Assembly (NCBI GenBank): GCA_009694375.1
Contig: SHVB01000016.1
Span: 189 to 64,188 of the forward strand
Source: Acidimicrobiia bacterium
GTDB taxonomy: Bacteria > Actinomycetota > Acidimicrobiia > Acidimicrobiales > VFJN01
Length of the DNA: 64,000 nucleotides
Direction of reading: 5' to 3'
In this document: positions 26,564 through 34,065 of the stretch, piece after piece
Layout: each line of letters begins with the position of its first letter
How positions within the stretch are numbered: the first letter of the stretch is position 1
Made by a program: the position numbers and the translations under genes
Notes under the pieces: model-generated
What the model saw: only the letters and a program-made list of their open reading frames with translations
Database searches by the model: none
What the model was told of the DNA's origin: nothing

Positions 26564-27797
26564 TCACCTCCTTGGCGAGTTCCCGATAGGCAATCGCCCC
26601 TCGGGAACTCGGATCGAACGAAATAATCGGTTGCCCAAACGACGGCGCCTCTGACAAACGCACCGTTCGCGGCACTACGTTTTTGCACACCTTGTCCCCG
26701 AAGTGCTCTCGCACTTCCCGTACCACCTGATCTGCCAACTTCGTGCGAGCGTCGTACATGACAAGAATGATGGCGCTCACATCCAGGATCGGATTGAGGT
26801 TCTTCTTCACCAGGCTCACGTTGCGAAGGAGCTGTCCCAGGCCCTCGAGCGCGTAGTACTCGCACTGGATCGGCACCACCACCTCGGTGGCCGCTGCCAA
26901 CCCGTTTACCGTGAGGAGTCCCAGGGAGGGAGGGCAGTCGATCAGTACGAAGTCGTAATCGTCATGCACCTCACTCAGGGCACGCTTCAGGCGAAGCTCC
27001 CGACTGAAGGCCGGCACGAGTTCGATCTCGGCACCGGCGAGGTCAAGGGATGAGGGCGCACAAAACAGATTCCTCACGGACGTAGCCTCGACGCAGTCCT
27101 CGATCGGCAGGTCGTGGAGAATCACGTCATACATCGAACCCTGGAGGTCGCGGATGTTGATGCCCAGACCCGTGCTGGCGTTGCCCTGCGGATCGAGATC
27201 AACCACGAGGACGCGATAGCCGATGTCGGCAAGACAGGCACCGAGATTCACCGCCGTCGTGGTCTTTCCCACCCCGCCCTTCTGATTCGCCACCGCCATC
27301 ACCCGGGGGAGTTCGCGAGCAAACGAGACTGGGGCCGTCTCTTCGATCACCTCGGAGGGAGCGGCATCGACGATGGTTCCGGGCCGGGGTGGGGGAGCGG
27401 GCATTGCAACCGGCTGAGCGGCGGGGGCGCCCGTCGACGGCTCTGGGTCATCAAGCGGCACATAGATCGGCGTCGTGAGGTCACCCTCACTCAGTTCGAT
27501 CGCCGCCGCCGAGCTACGACCGGGAAGGTCATCCGTGCCCGGCAGGGGGCTGCTCATCGGCATCGCCGGGGGCGGCGGAGTCTCGGAATCGGGAGGAGCC
27601 GTGAAGGCCACCAACTCCTCATCGGTAAGCGCCGGTGGCTCATCGGGGCCAACAACGGGAGGCTCCGGGGACGGCTCCGGCCGTACCTCCCGTAGTCGCC
27701 GGAAGATCGCCCGACCCCGAGTGGCTAGATCATCGGACGGTTCAGTCACCGGTGCATCCTGCCCGCTGGACATCGGTGATGCAAGGACCGTTGCCAT
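26535..27797 (-). CDS. parA: chromosome partitioning ATPase ParA/Soj with a Pro-rich N-terminal extension of about 160 aa
   Basis: Deviant Walker A NQKGGVGKTTTAVNLG and VLVVDLDPQGNAS. 420 aa if the most upstream ATG is used. Confidence 0.9.
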   Translation of the reverse strand: MATVLASPMSSGQDAPVTEPSDDLATRGRAIFRRLREVRPEPSPEPPVVGPDEPPALTDEELVAFTAPPDSETPPPPAMPMSSPLPGTDDLPGRSSAAAIELSEGDLTTPIYVPLDDPEPSTGAPAAQPVAMPAPPPRPGTIVDAAPSEVIEETAPVSFARELPRVMAVANQKGGVGKTTTAVNLGACLADIGYRVLVVDLDPQGNASTGLGINIRDLQGSMYDVILHDLPIEDCVEATSVRNLFCAPSSLDLAGAEIELVPAFSRELRLKRALSEVHDDYDFVLIDCPPSLGLLTVNGLAAATEVVVPIQCEYYALEGLGQLLRNVSLVKKNLNPILDVSAIILVMYDARTKLADQVVREVREHFGDKVCKNVVPRTVRLSEAPSFGQPIISFDPSSRGAIAYRELAKEVSGGTPKRTR

Positions 27798-27838
27798 GTT
27801 TCAGGAGAAACCCTCAACCACCTACATCAGGCAACCAG

Positions 27839-27854
27839 TGTTCCACGTGGAACA
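27839..27854. promoter_or_regulatory. parS site 1 (perfect 16-bp palindrome TGTTCCACGTGGAACA)
   Basis: Perfect palindrome read directly from the sequence. It closely matches the canonical parS (tGTTNCACGTGAAACa). Confidence 0.8.
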
Positions 27855-28067
27855 TCCCGCCAGCGCGCCCCGGACAGAGGTGTGGGCGGCCCGCCTGCCG
27901 TCGCCGTGATCCCTCCTGTAAGCCACGGTCGCCCTGGCCCGCCGACGCCGCCGAACGCCGGATTCGAAGGTTTTGCCACCGAGAAGCAGCCGGCAACGCC
28001 GCCATCAACCACAGGGCCGCCTGGCCCCACCCCCCGAATCCCACCGGCACCCGCGGACCCGTGCCGA

Positions 28068-28083
28068 TGTTCCACGTGGAACG
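28068..28083. promoter_or_regulatory. parS site 2 (TGTTCCACGTGGAACG)
   Basis: Identical to site 1 at 15 of 16 positions. It shares about 26 bp of downstream flank similarity with site 1. Confidence 0.75.
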
Positions 28084-28645
28084 CCCCACCAGCGTGCCTG
28101 GGACAAGGGGTGACCCGGCCCGAGGATCCGACGCCGCCACGAAACCTGGGTTGGCCGACCCACTCGATCCGCCAAGACCACCCATCGGCACCATGCGGGG
28201 AGTCAATGCCAACGTGTGGCGCGGCCGGGAACGGAAGCCGCCGACCTGCCCCTGGGGTCGGCGCGCCACCGGGGGAGTAGCCCCTCGACCATGGACCCCG
28301 GACACCGACCCACTCCGCTAGGCCCTCACACCGGCTGGGCCCAACCCTCAACCATGGCGGGTGCTGCACGCCCCGCGGAGCACCCCAGCGACGTCGGGCC
28401 TGAAGGAGTTCTCCCGCTCGCGTTCGCAGTGGGGGGCTCGGCCAGGCCGCTGCGTACCAACTCCCGTACCGGCATCACCGGCGAGGCTACGGCTGTTGTG
28501 CCAGCAGGACCGCCCGACGTTCCCGGCGGGGAATCGCGCCCTCCACCACCGGCATCACGACCAGGAGCGGCACCACGTCTCCAACGTGGACAACCACCAC
28601 GCGACCCCGCTCCGGCGGCAACCGTTGACCACGAAAGGCCAGCGG

Positions 28646-28661
28646 TGTTCCACGTGGAACA
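28646..28661. promoter_or_regulatory. parS site 3 (TGTTCCACGTGGAACA)
   Basis: Perfect 16-bp palindrome, 11 bp downstream of the rsmG stop codon. Confidence 0.8.
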
Positions 28662-28671
28662 CCCACCCAGG

Positions 28672-29262
28672 TCAGAACAAGAGTCGCTTGGCCGGCACCC
28701 CATCACGGCGGGGGTACTCGTCGGAGCAGAGTGATGCCAACTCCAGTACCTGCATCACCGGCGACGTCACCGTCCGAAACAGTGGTCGAAGTCCCAGTTG
28801 CGCCAGCGCAGCCGCCGGCCAGCGATCCTCGGCTATCGGCGGTTCACTCACCACCAGCAGTCCTCCCCGTCGTAGCAACGGAGCGGCACACTCTGCGGTA
28901 GCTGCCGGCGGACCAAAACTGCGGGCTACGACCCCATCGACCATTCCCCGCAACGGCCCCCGCCCCACTACCTCCGCCCGACCCTGTACCACCGCCGCCG
29001 CCAGCCCAAGTTGGCCGACCACCTCGTGGAGAAACTCGCATCGCTTCGCCGAGGAGTCTACGAGCACGACGTTGAGGTCCGGCCGCTCACTCGCCACGAT
29101 CAACCCGGGCACCCCACCGCCACTGCCCAGATCCACCACGCAGCCCGTCACGGGACCAAGCGCTTCCAGAAAGCCCGTGGCATGGGCCAGATGGTCCTCC
29201 ACCGGCCCTGGCCCCAGAAACCCAAGAGTGCGCGCCCGCAGCAGCACTTCCAGCAGGGTCAT
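28672..29262 (-). CDS. rsmG: 16S rRNA (guanine527-N7)-methyltransferase RsmG
   Basis: VVDLGSGGGVPGL SAM motif. Located between jag and parA. Confidence 0.9.
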   Translation of the reverse strand: MTLLEVLLRARTLGFLGPGPVEDHLAHATGFLEALGPVTGCVVDLGSGGGVPGLIVASERPDLNVVLVDSSAKRCEFLHEVVGQLGLAAAVVQGRAEVVGRGPLRGMVDGVVARSFGPPAATAECAAPLLRRGGLLVVSEPPIAEDRWPAAALAQLGLRPLFRTVTSPVMQVLELASLCSDEYPRRDGVPAKRLLF

Positions 29263-29329
29263 GCTTCACCCCCATCTCGCCGCCGACGGCCTGAAGAGGC
29301 GCCTGTCGCTCGACCGATCAACAACCGCT

Positions 29330-30232
29330 TCACTCGGGAAGGATGACCACCCGGCGGCGAGCGTCCTCGCCCTCCGAAAGAGTGCGTACCCCAGCGATGT
29401 CATTCACCGTGTCATGCACAACTTTGCGGTCGGGAGGCGACATGGGCTCGAGAGCCTGCTTCACGCCAGAGTCGCGAACCTGCTCGGCAATCTGCTGCGT
29501 GAAACGGGCCAGGGCCACCCGGCGATGGGCTCGATAGCCGCCAACGTCAACCCGGATACGAGCATGGGTTTTGCCGGGAAGGGTCCGCTGGAGCACGCTG
29601 CGGGAGAGTTCCTGCACCGCCTGAAGCGTGGCACCCTTCTGGCCGATCAGCAGCCCGAGATCCTCACCCGTAACATCGAGTTCCACCGCCCCTTCCTCGG
29701 CCGGCGTGGCCGTAACCTCGCCCTCCAAACCGAATGCCTCCAGAAGGTCGACGAGGAACCCCCGCACCACCTCGCCTTGCTCAGCCAGCTCGGTGTTGCT
29801 CATGTTGATGATCTCCTGCTTGTCGTCGATGGTGCCGGCACGGTCGCCGGACTGATTACGGGTACCACTGCGTCCCCCGGACCTCGGTGACGGCTGGTTG
29901 CCTCCGCCCGACCCCGAAGCCTTGCCCGACCCCGAAGCCTTGCCCGACCCCGAAGCCTTGCCGCTGCTTTTTTGGGAACCGCCGCCGCCTCTGGGCGCGT
30001 TCCGGCCGCCTCGGTCCCTGGCCTTACCCGACCGGCGCTCTACCTTGACTCGAGGCTTGAGTGGTCGCACCCGAGCCCGCACCCGGGCCTCGCCGCGCGT
30101 GCGGCCAAACAGCCCGGCCCGAGGTTCCTCGAGAAGTTCAAATTCGGCCTCCTGCTCATCTACCCCGAGTTGGTCCAGGGCCACATCCTTGGCCTGCTCA
30201 ACGGTCTTGCCGGTTGTCACTACCCATTCCAT
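29330..30232 (-). CDS. jag: Jag/KhpB-type RNA-binding protein (Jag_N, KH, R3H)
   Basis: N-terminus TGKTVEQAKDVALDQLGV. C-terminal R3H region LEPMSPPDRKVVHDTV. Located after yidC. Confidence 0.85.
   Translation of the reverse strand: MEWVVTTGKTVEQAKDVALDQLGVDEQEAEFELLEEPRAGLFGRTRGEARVRARVRPLKPRVKVERRSGKARDRGGRNAPRGGGGSQKSSGKASGSGKASGSGKASGSGGGNQPSPRSGGRSGTRNQSGDRAGTIDDKQEIINMSNTELAEQGEVVRGFLVDLLEAFGLEGEVTATPAEEGAVELDVTGEDLGLLIGQKGATLQAVQELSRSVLQRTLPGKTHARIRVDVGGYRAHRRVALARFTQQIAEQVRDSGVKQALEPMSPPDRKVVHDTVNDIAGVRTLSEGEDARRRVVILPE
29907..29960. repeat. 3 x 18-bp perfect tandem repeat inside jag (encodes GKASGS x3)
   Basis: The unit cccgaccccgaagccttg occurs at 29907-29924, 29925-29942 and 29943-29960. 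Confidence 0.9.
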
Positions 30233-30237
30233 GGTCG

Positions 30238-31245
30238 CTACCTACGCTTCTTCTTCTTCTTGGAACGATTGGCGTCGCTGACCGACCGTGGCGCGGGGGT
30301 CTGCTCGGCGGAAGCACCGTTGCTGCTCGCGCTGGGAGTGCTCGACGGGGGAGTGGACTTGGCGGCCGGTTTGACAGTGGATCCCTTCACCGGCAGCGCT
30401 CGCGACTGCTTGCCGAGCCGAGGCAGGAGACGTGAGGTGCCATTGGCCTCCTTCAATTCCTTGGTCTCGGCGGATGCCCGTTGGGCCTGGGCTCCCAGTG
30501 AATCCTCACCGTGGTAGAGGGTTCGGGTGATGTAGTACTGCATCCCGATCCGGTACAGGTTTGACGTGACGAAATAGACCACCAACGCAGCCGACGTCAC
30601 AAAGGCGAAGAACACCATCATCAACGGCATCAACTTCATCAGAATCTGTTGCTGCTGCGGAACTTCAACCCCTGGATTCCGGCTCTGAATCTGCTTCTGC
30701 TGGTAGTAGGAGGTGAGGGCCACAATCAACACCAAACTGATCTGCGGAAGGGCGTGGGCAAAGCTGACCTTCAGGGCCGCGCTGGCGCTTTCGGCGAGGT
30801 CGATGCCGAACGACATCATCTCGGTGGCCCCGTCGAGACTCCGATACATCTTGGAGCTTTCGTCGAGGTACTTCGGATCGAAGGTTGTCTCGCCGCTCGG
30901 GATGTAGGTGAGCCCACGGAGAACTGCGAAGAGGAAGAAGAAAATCGGCGCCTGCAGCAGCAGTGGGAGGCAGCCCCCGAGGGGATTCAGATTGTTCTCT
31001 TTATAAAACGCCATCAACTCCTCATTGAGCTTCTGGCGATCGTCCTTGTACTGGGTTTGTATCTTCTTCATCTCCGGTTGCAGCCGCTGCATCTGGATCA
31101 TGCTGCGGGTGCCCTTCAACGTGAAGGGCGTGGTCAACACCATTACCGAGACCGTCAGCCAGGCGATGGCGATGGCGTAGTTCGCGATGACGTCGTAGAA
31201 GAAACTGAGTACCTGGGCCAGGAACTCATAAACAGGGTCGAACAT
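30238..31245 (-). CDS. yidC: membrane protein insertase YidC
   Basis: Multi-TM protein. MQRLQPEMKKIQTQYKDDRQKLNEELMAFYKENNLNPLGGCLP is the conserved YidC/Oxa1 core. Confidence 0.9.
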   Translation of the reverse strand: MFDPVYEFLAQVLSFFYDVIANYAIAIAWLTVSVMVLTTPFTLKGTRSMIQMQRLQPEMKKIQTQYKDDRQKLNEELMAFYKENNLNPLGGCLPLLLQAPIFFFLFAVLRGLTYIPSGETTFDPKYLDESSKMYRSLDGATEMMSFGIDLAESASAALKVSFAHALPQISLVLIVALTSYYQQKQIQSRNPGVEVPQQQQILMKLMPLMMVFFAFVTSAALVVYFVTSNLYRIGMQYYITRTLYHGEDSLGAQAQRASAETKELKEANGTSRLLPRLGKQSRALPVKGSTVKPAAKSTPPSSTPSASSNGASAEQTPAPRSVSDANRSKKKKKRR

Positions 31246-31475
31246 CAGTTCGCCTTTCCATCAGGAACCGGGTCCCACCCCATGCCACCCCACGGATGGC
31301 AGCGACCCACCCGTCGGAGGGACATCCAGAGCCCTCGCCGTGCACCGTGGCGCTCGATTGCCGCAAGGGCATAGGTGGAACAACTGGGATCAAACCGACA
31401 CGGAGATGGGCGACCCGACATGACCCAGCGATAGCCCCGCACCAACGAGTGGAAACCCCGCGCCAGCGGGCTCAA
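31245..31475 (-). CDS. yidD: membrane protein insertion efficiency factor YidD
   Basis: CRFDPSCSTYALAAIERHG...RRVGRCHPW signature. Confidence 0.85.
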   Translation of the reverse strand: MSPLARGFHSLVRGYRWVMSGRPSPCRFDPSCSTYALAAIERHGARRGLWMSLRRVGRCHPWGGMGWDPVPDGKAN

Positions 31476-31855
31476 CGTGTCACCTCATCGATCGTGGTGG
31501 AGAGAGATGACACCAGTTTCGACCAAGGCATCTGTGCCGTTTCACTGGTAGCGCCAATCAGATAGGTGCCCGCCGGGAGGCGATCAGACACCACTAGGTC
31601 CCGCAGCGCAGCACGGACACGACGGCGAATCCGATTACGCACGACGGCGCCACCCACCGCCGTGCCGACAGCAAAGGCCACCCGAGGTGGGGTGGGACCC
31701 AAGGACGAGTCGGGGGCGAGGAAGGTGACCACCAACGAACCCCTGCGTACTCGTCGACCATGACGGCGCAAGGCCTGAAACGATTCCCGTTCGGTCACTC
31801 GCCACAATTGAGGACGCGGCGCACCAAGTGGGCGTACGGGCGGGGCGGGCGTCAT
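31472..31855 (-). CDS. rnpA: ribonuclease P protein component
   Basis: Basic protein with the RNR motif AVVRNRIRRRVRAA. Located between rpmH and yidD. Confidence 0.85.
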   Translation of the reverse strand: MTPAPPVRPLGAPRPQLWRVTERESFQALRRHGRRVRRGSLVVTFLAPDSSLGPTPPRVAFAVGTAVGGAVVRNRIRRRVRAALRDLVVSDRLPAGTYLIGATSETAQMPWSKLVSSLSTTIDEVTR

Positions 31856-31877
31856 CCTTCCGGTCCGATCGGGCCGG

Positions 31878-32012
31878 CTACGCCGACAGGCGCTTGCGGC
31901 CCTTGAGGCGACGGGCCTTCAGTACCGCTTGCCCAGCCCGGTCGGACATCCGGTGGCGGAATCCATGGCGCTTGGCCCGACGGCGATTGTTGGGTTGGTA
32001 GGTACGCTTCAC
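31878..32012 (-). CDS. rpmH: 50S ribosomal protein L34
   Basis: The GTG start at 32012 gives [44 protein letters not shown] (44 aa). A GAGGAGG ribosome-binding site lies upstream. The 113-aa track ORF is an over-extension. Confidence 0.9.
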   Translation of the reverse strand: MKRTYQPNNRRRAKRHGFRHRMSDRAGQAVLKARRLKGRKRLSA

Positions 32013-32320
32013 TGGGATGGCCTCCTCGGCGGCCTGGGCCACTTGGCCCGGCGCCTGACAAAATCGAGTGGGATGCACCACCGACGCGCCACTTGTCGGC
32101 GCCACATGATGCGCGGGGGATCGTAGAGGCCACACCCCCTCGTGGGCAACCTGGGAAGCCCCTACCACATTCCAAGGGTGCTCAGGGGGATTTGGTAACG
32201 CTCTGAACAGCGTAAACACAAATTGTGGCCGGGCTCTTGCGCTGAGTGGTGACGGCGGTGCTACGGTGCCAGAACCTCATCACCACGGCTGGGTAATGGT
32301 CTCTGGATCGGCTCCTGTAC

Positions 32321-32424
32321 CTGTGGACGGGCGTCATCATTGTGCGGGTCGGCGGGTAGTACCACCGCCGAATCCGCTTCGTCATTTCTTTTCCACAGTT
32401 GTGGATGTCCTGTGGATGTCCACC
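32321..32424. promoter_or_regulatory. DnaA-box cluster in the rpmH-dnaA spacer (dnaA promoter / left origin flank)
   Basis: ctgtggacg (32321-32329), TTTTCCACA (32389-32397), ttgtggatg (32399-32407), tgtggatgt (32411-32419) and ATGTCCACC (32416-32424). Confidence 0.55.
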
Positions 32425-33810
32425 CGACCGAAGGCGCCGCTACGAGTGAACGAGGCACAGCGGTTGTGGGACGAATGCGCCGAAATCTTGCGGGCTCAGG
32501 TGTCGGAACCGGTTTGGCTCACCACATTCCGAGAAACGCGTGCCGAGTCGCTTGAGGGCGGCGTCTTGATCCTAGAGGTGCCGTCGTTTCTGGCGAAGGA
32601 GCGCATTGAGGGCCGGTACCTGTCCATGGTTCGCGACGCGCTAGCTGATGTGGGCTCCGGTGACCTCGAGCTCACGTTGCGGATCGCTCCGGCGGGACAG
32701 CGGACCGAACACGGTCTCGAACCACGTCCCACCACCATGGCCGCCCCAGTCGCCGAGAACACCAACGGGTGGGGTGGGCTCGAAGCCGATTCCTCAGACC
32801 CCTTCACCTTCGAAACCTTCGTGATTGGGCCTTCCAATCGATTTGCCCACGCTGCGGCGTTGGCCGTGGCGGAAAGACCGGCCCGGAAATACAACCCCTT
32901 GTTCATCTATGGCGATGCCGGGTTAGGCAAGACCCACCTTCTGCAGGCCATTGCTCACTACGTGAGAGTGAACTACCCCACCTACCGGGTTCGGTATGTC
33001 ACCTCGGAAGCATTCCTAAATGAGTTCATTGACGCCGTGCGCAACAAAACCAACGATGGATTCAAGCGACGGTACCGAGACATCGATGTGTTGTTAATTG
33101 ATGACATCCAGTTCATCGAGGGCAAGCCAGAGACCCAGGAAGAGTTCTTCCACACGTTCAACCATCTACACCAGGCCAACCGGCAGATCATCCTCTCCTC
33201 CGACCGGTCGCCTGACGCGATCGGAACTCTCGAAGATCGGCTGCGAAGCAGATTCAAGATGGGGTTGATCACCGACGTTCAGGTACCTGACCTCGAAACC
33301 CGCCTGGCCATCCTCCGAAACAAGGCCGAACTCGAAACCACCTCGGTACCGCCCGAGGTTCTCGAGTTCATTGCCACCAACATCACCGACAACATCCGGG
33401 TCCTTGAAGGAGCCCTCATACGAGTGGCGGCCTTCGCCAGCCTCACGGCTGAGGAACTTACGGTGGACACCGCCGCCTCTGTTCTGCGAGACCTTCTCAC
33501 CAGCCGTCAGCCTCAGGCAATCACCCCCCAGGTGATTCTTGAAGCCACCTCAAAAATGTTTGGTATCCCCGTCGAGGAAATCATCGGGAAGAAGCGTCAA
33601 CGTCCTCTCGTGACGGCACGCCAAGTTGCCATGTACGTCTTCCGTGACATCACCGACCTCAGTTACCCCGCCATCGCCAGGGAGTTTGGGGGCCGCGATC
33701 ACACCACGGTGATCCACGCCGTCGAAAAGATCACCGCTCAAATGAGTACGCACCAGGCGACCTATGACCAGGTCACCGCCCTCGTGCAGACCATCCGGGC
33801 AGAAGCATGA
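32416..33810 (+). CDS. dnaA: chromosomal replication initiator protein DnaA
   Basis: AAA+ motifs LFIYGDAGLGKTHLL and LLIDDIQF. C-terminal DNA-binding region DHTTVIHAVEKI. Preferred start is the ATG at 32416 (MSTRPK). The 50 upstream ORF codons cover the DnaA boxes. Confidence 0.95.
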   Translation: MSTRPKAPLRVNEAQRLWDECAEILRAQVSEPVWLTTFRETRAESLEGGVLILEVPSFLAKERIEGRYLSMVRDALADVGSGDLELTLRIAPAGQRTEHGLEPRPTTMAAPVAENTNGWGGLEADSSDPFTFETFVIGPSNRFAHAAALAVAERPARKYNPLFIYGDAGLGKTHLLQAIAHYVRVNYPTYRVRYVTSEAFLNEFIDAVRNKTNDGFKRRYRDIDVLLIDDIQFIEGKPETQEEFFHTFNHLHQANRQIILSSDRSPDAIGTLEDRLRSRFKMGLITDVQVPDLETRLAILRNKAELETTSVPPEVLEFIATNITDNIRVLEGALIRVAAFASLTAEELTVDTAASVLRDLLTSRQPQAITPQVILEATSKMFGIPVEEIIGKKRQRPLVTARQVAMYVFRDITDLSYPAIAREFGGRDHTTVIHAVEKITAQMSTHQATYDQVTALVQTIRAEA

Positions 33811-34065
33811 ACTGTGGGCCTGGGGAAAACACCGGGGACGAACTGTGGGCCCCCACCAGTCACCCAACTCCTCCTGTGGGCAAGCTGGGTCCTTTAGGCG
33901 TAGCGTCCCTAGCCCTGTCGCGTTCCTGTGGGAACCTGGGGAGAACCCTTGGGCAGCGCCACCCCAGTTGACCTGGGAAAATGTTTGGTTATCCCCAATC
34001 CACAGCCCCTACTACTACTACTTCTATTTTTCAGCATAAGACCACCGTAGAAAGCGAGCCAAGGC
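33811..34065. other. candidate oriC core (dnaA-dnaN spacer with DnaA boxes and an AT-rich unwinding element)
   Basis: Four CTGTGGG motifs at 33812, 33843, 33874 and 33926. TTATCCCCA (33989-33997) and CAATCCACA (33996-34004). A (CTA)4-TCTATTTTTCAGCATAAG AT-rich tract at 34009-34040. Confidence 0.6.

Noticed and set aside
28575-28590. Possible fourth parS (tctccaacgtggacaa)
   Set aside because: It matches the local parS sequence at only 11 of 16 positions and the central CACGTG is broken. It is too degenerate to call.
27635-28734. Overlapping ORFs of 126-228 aa on both strands in the parA-rsmG gap
   Set aside because: Multiple mutually overlapping frames all give Pro/Arg/Gly-rich products, and they translate through the parS palindromes (a repeated FHVEH artefact). 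I treat the gap as non-coding.
32266-32415. 50-codon N-terminal extension of dnaA in the ORF track
   Set aside because: This region is densely packed with DnaA boxes, and the extension has no DnaA domain-I character. The internal ATG at 32416 gives a normal-length protein.
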